Assembly: GCA_963786955.1 (NCBI GenBank)
Contig: CAWBAT010000006.1
Span: forward strand, 800,001 to 864,000
Length of the DNA stretch: 64,000 nucleotides
Reading direction: 5' to 3'
Source: an uncultured Acidimicrobiia bacterium
Lineage (GTDB): Bacteria > Acidobacteriota > Terriglobia > Versatilivoradales > Versatilivoraceae
Positions 58,415 to 64,000 of this stretch are shown here, in pieces. Under the pieces are notes generated by a model. The model did no database searches. It was not told the origin of the DNA and worked only from the letters and a program-made list of their open reading frames with translations. The translations under genes and the position numbers were made by a program. The stretch's first letter is position 1, and every line of letters begins with the position of its first letter.

Positions 58415-60052
58415 CTATCGAACCTGAAACTTCGCAACTGGGGAAATCGTGTGCTTGCTTAAATTGTCAGTCACGTTCACCACAAGACTGTAAGCCCCTG
58501 GCGCAAGGTCTTTCAGCGGAACGAATTTCTCAAAAGTCATCTGCTGAGCCGCTCCCGCCAATTTGTCCTGATCTTCTGTAAATCGTGCAATTTCCTTGTC
58601 CCCCTGCTTCAGCGAATATTCTATCGTTGCCGAAGGCTTCTTGGTTTTTTCATCAATCCCGAGATTATAGACCTGGAAATAAATCCCCATCGTCTGACTG
58701 CGGTTAAAAACATCATTGACGTTCGGAAAAATTTTGGAGCTCCCGATAATAAACTGCCCGGCGGCAGCCTGCTTCATGGAGAGCTTCTCGATATTATCTG
58801 CCAAAATAATACTGCTGGTCGCCAATTTATCCTCTTCAAACTTGGGAACCGTCAACCCTTTGTAAACCGTACCCACGTTGCCACTGTTCAGATCCTTCAG
58901 CACGAGTTCCAGCTTGTAGAGCCCCGAGCGCAGAGGAATAGATTTTTGGTAGAGCGACCTTTTTTCCAGGGATTGTTTGAATAAAGAATCCGGAACATCC
59001 TGTGCCACGACGTCTTCAAAGACCTGGACCACGCGGCCCGTAATAGTCGAGAGCCGGCCAAAAATATTGACCTGGGCACGTTGCACGCCTTCCTTGTTTT
59101 GGAACGTCATGTCCTTGTTGTAAATCTGCACCGTAATGGGCGTCAAGACGGTATCATCCGTGATCTTGATAAAATCCGTCCGATATTCAAACGGCATCAA
59201 GTTATAGGACAGCTTCGTGTTGACCACGGTCTCCAGATCCTTGAACTTCACCTGGGGCGGTCTTTGGAGCGCAACGTACTGTTGGAGACGGGTAAACGGA
59301 TCATAGGCCTGCCCGGCAGACCCCGACATCGTCCTGCCGATAGTCATCCCATCACCTCGGGAAAACCGATCCCCTTTGCTTGCCATTCCCATCTGTTCCA
59401 ATTGAGTCAAGCCCGCGTTGGGGACATTCGTTAAGGCGTCTTTCTCTCCGGGATCCAAGGCAATACGGTACTCGCCGGTACTCGTCCGATCGACAAATTC
59501 AATCATGACCTCATTGCCCAGGTTCGGTCCTTCAAGATAGCGATAACGCCAAACCTCAAATGGGAAAGTCGTCGTCTCTCCTCCGCCCTCTTCATACGGG
59601 CGCATATAGGGCCCACCGGTCGGATGAGAATCGATTTCATCGGGCGGACCCCAAGTAATATAAATTCTGCCGCGATCGGTCTTCCAACCAGGCCACCCAG
59701 ACGGGAACCGTTCATTGGCATAAGCAATGCGGCGGTAGTGTTCGTCTCTGAATTCATTTTCCATCGTATCGGGCGACGGATCCCTTCGTAACCAGAACTG
59801 CTCAATAAATTGGTAACGCTCGTCATCGGTCGTTAACTTCTTGTAAGCGGACCGCTCTTCGGGGGTGATGATATAGGCCACATCTTCATTGAGCCACTTC
59901 TTGAGATATTGGTCGGAGGTTTCATTCCGAAGCGACTTTTCTTTATTCTTATCGCGCTTGTTATTGTCACCGGCGGGGACAGAAACAGTTAGGACAAACC
60001 CGATGAGAAAGCCGGAAATCACGAGTCGTCGGAAACTTGAATTCGTTTTCAT
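58415..60052 (-). CDS. GWxTD domain-containing protein
   Basis: WLNEDVAYIIT, FWLRRDP, EHYRRIAYAN, GWKTDRGRIYITWGPPD; signal peptide. Confidence 0.92.
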   Translation of the reverse strand: MKTNSSFRRLVISGFLIGFVLTVSVPAGDNNKRDKNKEKSLRNETSDQYLKKWLNEDVAYIITPEERSAYKKLTTDDERYQFIEQFWLRRDPSPDTMENEFRDEHYRRIAYANERFPSGWPGWKTDRGRIYITWGPPDEIDSHPTGGPYMRPYEEGGGETTTFPFEVWRYRYLEGPNLGNEVMIEFVDRTSTGEYRIALDPGEKDALTNVPNAGLTQLEQMGMASKGDRFSRGDGMTIGRTMSGSAGQAYDPFTRLQQYVALQRPPQVKFKDLETVVNTKLSYNLMPFEYRTDFIKITDDTVLTPITVQIYNKDMTFQNKEGVQRAQVNIFGRLSTITGRVVQVFEDVVAQDVPDSLFKQSLEKRSLYQKSIPLRSGLYKLELVLKDLNSGNVGTVYKGLTVPKFEEDKLATSSIILADNIEKLSMKQAAAGQFIIGSSKIFPNVNDVFNRSQTMGIYFQVYNLGIDEKTKKPSATIEYSLKQGDKEIARFTEDQDKLAGAAQQMTFEKFVPLKDLAPGAYSLVVNVTDNLSKHTISPVAKFQVR

Positions 60053-60122
60053 ACCTTAACGTTCAGAGTCTGGGTAGTTTAGGAAAACCAGGAATGAAAA
60101 AACCTGTCTATATCACTGCAAT

Positions 60123-60150
60123 ATTATAGAACAGTAAACCTTGGAGTCAA
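60123..60150 (-). promoter_or_regulatory. Sigma-70 promoter of GWxTD gene
   Basis: Minus strand TTGACT-N16-TATAAT. Confidence 0.6.
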
Positions 60151-60160
60151 TCGCAAAATT

Positions 60161-60260
60161 GGAGGGCGGAACTCCGTGATGCCGTCCAAAGTAGGGGCGA
60201 AGCATTCGAAGATAGAGGGTGAATCGGTTTATGCCTTGCGAGTGAATGCTTCGCCCCTAC
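60161..60260. repeat. REP cluster (GGAG-type unit plus GTAG-type doublet)
   Basis: GGAGGGCGGAACTCCGTGATGCCG (cf. 31767); GTAGGGGCGAAGCATTC...GAATGCTTCGCCCCTAC (cf. 37918). Confidence 0.75.
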
Positions 60261-60264
60261 TTTC

Positions 60265-60296
60265 AAAAAAAAGGATGGACTCGTTGGCCCATCCTT
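60265..60296 (-). terminator. Intrinsic terminator after receptor-cytochrome c unit
   Basis: Minus strand AAGGATGGGC-CAACGA-GTCCATCCTT followed by a T-run. Confidence 0.75.
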
Positions 60297-60409
60297 AAAA
60301 GATTTCGTTCAGTTAGCAAGAACCACGTCCATCACTGCAACACTCGGTACCAGCGGGTGGAACCAGGAACTTCGCGCTACTTCAGGAACCGAACAAGCAA
60401 GCCTCCCTT

Positions 60410-60556
60410 CTACTGCAGATCTTTCACAGTCTCATGTGCCTTTATTGACCCGACCAGCAGAAAACCAGCCTGATCGCAGAACCACAACTCGGAAAGGAAA
60501 CGACCATTGCCGACTTTATCGAACACGAGCCGGGATGGGGCGCTTGAGCTGTCGCA
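60410..60556 (-). pseudogene. Start-less diverged duplicate of part of the cytochrome c gene N-domain
   Basis: Translates DSSSAPSRLVFDKVGNGRFLSELWFCDQAGFLLVGSIKAHETV, versus DSSSTPSRVVFDKVANNRFLSEVWFRDQDGYLLVGSTSKDHTHETV at about 60901-61036. Confidence 0.8.
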
Positions 60557-60587
60557 CTCGCGTGTCTACTTGGCGGGCGTTACGACC

Positions 60588-61304
60588 TTACTGCTGTTTG
60601 AAAGTGCGTATAAAACTGATTACGGCGTCCACTGATTCGGGTGGCAGAAGATGCTGCACGGTCGGCTGACCGATCCTCACAGGCGGCATGTTACGCTTGC
60701 CGTGCATGATAATGTCCTTTAACTCCTGGTCCGACTTTGCCTGCACGACTACCGAGTTCAGCTTCGGGATATCAGTCTCGTAGAATTTGTCGGCGGCTGG
60801 GTTGCCCTCGCCCTTGGGTCCGTGACACTTCTGGCAGGTTTGCTCATAGATCCGGTTGCCGGGTAGCTTTGTGGATGGACCGCTAACGGTAACTATCACC
60901 GTCTCGTGGGTGTGATCTTTCGAGGTGCTCCCGACCAGCAAATAACCATCCTGATCGCGGAACCACACCTCTGAAAGGAAACGATTATTGGCAACTTTGT
61001 CGAACACAACCCGGGATGGGGTGCTTGAGCTGTCGCGGGCGAGCACGGTTTGGATTTCCAATTGGGTAACCGCGCCGCTCTTGCCGGTGATGACAACCCA
61101 ATTTGATTTTTCCTCGTGAGTGACCGTGTATTGCCCTTTCGGGAAAGTCTTGCCCCCGGCGCTGAACTCGAACTCGGCATTTAAGACTAAAGGTTTGCTT
61201 TTCGACTCCCCAAACAGAGGCGTCACCACCAACATGGCAAAAACCATCATAGCTTTCAACGTTCTGGCTCTCCCTAAAGAGAACGAGTTCAGCAATATCT
61301 TCAT
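60588..61304 (-). CDS. Periplasmic monoheme c-type cytochrome with N-terminal beta-sandwich domain
   Basis: Signal peptide; CQKCH heme motif, distal Met in GKRNMPP; N-domain FEFSAGGKTFPKGQY. Confidence 0.88.
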   Translation of the reverse strand: MKILLNSFSLGRARTLKAMMVFAMLVVTPLFGESKSKPLVLNAEFEFSAGGKTFPKGQYTVTHEEKSNWVVITGKSGAVTQLEIQTVLARDSSSTPSRVVFDKVANNRFLSEVWFRDQDGYLLVGSTSKDHTHETVIVTVSGPSTKLPGNRIYEQTCQKCHGPKGEGNPAADKFYETDIPKLNSVVVQAKSDQELKDIIMHGKRNMPPVRIGQPTVQHLLPPESVDAVISFIRTFKQQ

Positions 61305-61351
61305 GTGTATACTCCTCTCTATGATTTCAATTATTCTCTTTATCTGAGTTT

Positions 61352-64000
61352 TCAGAAGATGAACTTGACGCCAAACCGGGCCGAAAATCCAGGATTAAAT
61401 TGGTCATACTGCCCGTATGTTGGGTCGACCGCCCAGTTCTTGGTTGGGTCCAGTGAATTCGGATCTGAACTCAGTGACGGATCTTGTGCGTACTCCGTCT
61501 GAGAAAGCAAAGTACGCCAGTTGTAGCCGTTAAGGAGGTTGACAGGGGTCAAATCAATAGCCGAACTGGAATCACGATATCGGGTAATGATGTTCTGCTG
61601 ATAGCGCGCCGTCTTCTGGTTAAAAATGTTAATGATGTTCATTTCGAAATGCAGTCTCTTCGTTTCGCCCAGTTTGATATCCTGAGCGATTAACAGGTTC
61701 GTATAGTTCAGGAAAGGCGTCCGACCCGCATCGGCACGTCCGTTAACCATGATGGGAATTTGATTCAATTCCTCCACACGAGTCGTAATGGGAGTCCCGC
61801 TGCCTGCATAAAAGACAGGGCCAAGTTGCGTTCCCCACTTGAACTGATACGACCCGTACACTTTTAGAACATGGGGGCGGTCCGTTTCAAGAAGTCCGTA
61901 AAGGTACTGCCCATTGGAATCGAACATGATAAGGTCAGCATCATAATCCCGGTTGGCATTGCCGCCAGGACGAGCCACAAAAGAATAAGGAGTTTGAGAT
62001 GCCGTCCAGGTTATATTGGGGAGCCCTCCATTCACGACTTCATCCGTGCTGCTTAGACCAGCATAGTTCCCCCAAAGTCGGCTGTATGTATAGTTGGCTG
62101 ACAAGAACCAGTTGTTACTAAACCGGCGGGTGAGCGAGAGCTGCAATGCATCATACTCTCGTTTAGGTTGCGGCATGGGGAAATCCGGAGTGGCTCCATA
62201 ATGGTTATCTTCAATGGTAAAGCGGCCCTCGCCGGGATTACCCTCAGTATAGACTTCATTCCCATTAACCAGCCGCCCGATGTCTTCGATGGTCCGACCC
62301 AGTCGGCTGCGAACATAGGCGGCCGAGAACACCAACTGAGGCTTGACTTCCCAATCAAATCCAACCGACGCATTGTCCACATACATCGGCTTGATGCCAG
62401 GATCGAGGGAATCGGGACCAAACTGAGGGACCCGGTGATCCTGATAGGACCCTGGCGTAGATGACCATAAATTCCTCCCTTGCAAATTGTTTAGGCCAAG
62501 GGAAAAAATATCCAGGGTATCGAGGGAGTACCACCACTCCTTCCAGGTGTCTCCACCAAACGCCCCCCGCACTAGCTCATACTTGGTCCAGTCGTAGAAA
62601 CGTCCCCAACTGCCGTATAATTTCATTTTGCCGTTACCCAGCACATCCCAGCTCAGACCCAATCGGGGCGCGAGCTTGGCACCAAATCCAAACGAAAAGG
62701 CGTAATCCTTGACATCCCGATAGAAGGAAGGAACTTTCTCATTTTCCGTGCGCAGTCCCAGGCTCAAAGTCAATCGAGGACGAATCGTCCATTGGTCTTG
62801 AACGAAAAGGTTAAAAATGCCGCCGCCTGCGGAACCCGCTGTGCCGATTTGTCTGACGCGGTAGTATCCATAGGTCCCAGTGCCCGTTTCACCGGTGTAG
62901 GAACTCGTGTAGGAGCGATTCCAGTACATCGCCACGTTATAACCACCCTGATAATTAACATCCATCTTGTTGACTACTCGCTGGTATCCAAAGCCAGCTT
63001 TCAAGTTATGCACCCCACCCATATTGAACGTCTTGCTATAGTCAACTTGTCCGAAGGCGCGGCTTGTCGTGTCGTAGTTTGCCACCTCGGTCAGTGGTAC
63101 ATCGAAAGAGCCAGTGGGTTTTTGTAGTTCCACGGGAATCTCGAAAGGTAGTCCGATTGCCGAAATATTGTAACGGGTCTGGTGCTTGGAAGGGGCATTG
63201 AGGTCTTTGTAATTGTCCCAGAAATAGCCGCCTCGGAGGTTTAGCAAGCTGGTCGGAGATAAGGTGATATCCATTGTCCCCGTAAAATTGTTCTTGGGTA
63301 AAGACCAACCCTGTGCCCGATTAGACTCCAGGGCTGCTGCAGAGTTAACACTGCAATTGTCACAATAACCAGTGAAGGCAGGCAGCAATCCTGTTCTTTT
63401 CGTTGTGGTATAAAGCCAGGCGAAATTGGTAAGGATGCGGGGAGTGATGTTCCAGGAGAGTTTGTTGAAGAGGTTGTAATAATTTGTTTTACTGTAAAAT
63501 ATGCTTGGAGTCGCCCCACTATCAAGCAGAATATCTTGTGTCCGCCGGCCCCATTGGGGGCTAAAGCCAGTGTAAAAATAGAGTTTATTCTTGATGAGAT
63601 ACCCACCCAATTCCCCTCCAACTTCATTGAAGTGATCTTGGATCTTGTTATCTTGGAAGTATTTTGTTTCGAGTTCACCCGCAGGGTCGGTTAATATTCT
63701 AGGGGTTGGCAAGGCATTGAGTGGAGAACCGCTAAAGTACCAATACACATCCCCATGGAACGCATTGCCGCCTGACTTGGTGACTGCGCTGATCACTCCT
63801 CCCAAGGCGCCGCCATATTCGGCTTGTATCCCGGAAGTTTTCACCTGCACTTCCTGCAGAAACTCGTAGACCGCGTCTTGGCGAGAATCGCCATTAATAA
63901 GCCCAGTGGTGGAAATACCATCAATCGTGAAGTTGTTCTCCGCGGCACTGGCCCCATTAATCTGGATGCCGCCTTCAATGACCCCCGAATTGACACCGGG
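61352..64000 (-). CDS. Oar-like TonB-dependent receptor, partial (5' end beyond window)
   Basis: Frame open to 64000 (INGASAAENNFTIDG...QEVQVKTSGIQAEYGGALGGVISAVTKSGGN plug motif); FVQDQW, APRLG; C-terminal ARFGVKFIF. Confidence 0.93.
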   Translation of the reverse strand, partial: PGVNSGVIEGGIQINGASAAENNFTIDGISTTGLINGDSRQDAVYEFLQEVQVKTSGIQAEYGGALGGVISAVTKSGGNAFHGDVYWYFSGSPLNALPTPRILTDPAGELETKYFQDNKIQDHFNEVGGELGGYLIKNKLYFYTGFSPQWGRRTQDILLDSGATPSIFYSKTNYYNLFNKLSWNITPRILTNFAWLYTTTKRTGLLPAFTGYCDNCSVNSAAALESNRAQGWSLPKNNFTGTMDITLSPTSLLNLRGGYFWDNYKDLNAPSKHQTRYNISAIGLPFEIPVELQKPTGSFDVPLTEVANYDTTSRAFGQVDYSKTFNMGGVHNLKAGFGYQRVVNKMDVNYQGGYNVAMYWNRSYTSSYTGETGTGTYGYYRVRQIGTAGSAGGGIFNLFVQDQWTIRPRLTLSLGLRTENEKVPSFYRDVKDYAFSFGFGAKLAPRLGLSWDVLGNGKMKLYGSWGRFYDWTKYELVRGAFGGDTWKEWWYSLDTLDIFSLGLNNLQGRNLWSSTPGSYQDHRVPQFGPDSLDPGIKPMYVDNASVGFDWEVKPQLVFSAAYVRSRLGRTIEDIGRLVNGNEVYTEGNPGEGRFTIEDNHYGATPDFPMPQPKREYDALQLSLTRRFSNNWFLSANYTYSRLWGNYAGLSSTDEVVNGGLPNITWTASQTPYSFVARPGGNANRDYDADLIMFDSNGQYLYGLLETDRPHVLKVYGSYQFKWGTQLGPVFYAGSGTPITTRVEELNQIPIMVNGRADAGRTPFLNYTNLLIAQDIKLGETKRLHFEMNIINIFNQKTARYQQNIITRYRDSSSAIDLTPVNLLNGYNWRTLLSQTEYAQDPSLSSDPNSLDPTKNWAVDPTYGQYDQFNPGFSARFGVKFIF

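Noticed and set aside
808-63869. Numerous antisense or overlapping ORFs in the track (e.g. 808-1386, 12831-13451, 28972-29583, 36003-36635, 45098-45727)
   Set aside because: Shadows of well-supported genes with no recognisable motifs

Overview
This is a 64-kb, mostly minus-strand bacterial chromosome segment. The GWxTD protein, Oar-like TonB-dependent receptor, carboxypeptidase-regulatory-like repeat proteins and zf-HC2/TonB-C anti-sigma factor suggest Acidobacteriota (inference). It contains: a sigma-54 two-component system beside a tatA-tolC-MFP-DUF190-czcA-spoIIE-like efflux operon; a PQQ/sorbosone-type dehydrogenase with tandem C-terminal repeats; kdgK-eda-MFS; LytS/LytTR-ydcH-psd-pssA; a B12 radical SAM enzyme; tesA/ybbA/ybbP; a Gld-type ABC cluster; an ECF sigma/anti-sigma pair; glgC, rpsU and pta; a GWxTD / OM-barrel / PDZ-histidine kinase / sigma-54 regulator block; and a TonB-dependent receptor followed by a cytochrome c fusion. 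No rRNA, tRNA, CRISPR array, transposase or prophage was seen. Reading the raw sequence added: three genes missing from the ORF track (SpoIIE-like, Trm112-like, zinc-ribbon); five sigma-54 -24/-12 promoter candidates, several with tandem enhancer boxes; an ECF autoregulatory promoter; several REP/MITE-like palindromes; a duplicated gene fragment; and three single-base frameshifts that may be assembly indels. The best candidates for undescribed systems are envelope and signalling modules. All functional calls rest on recognised motifs, with no database searches run.
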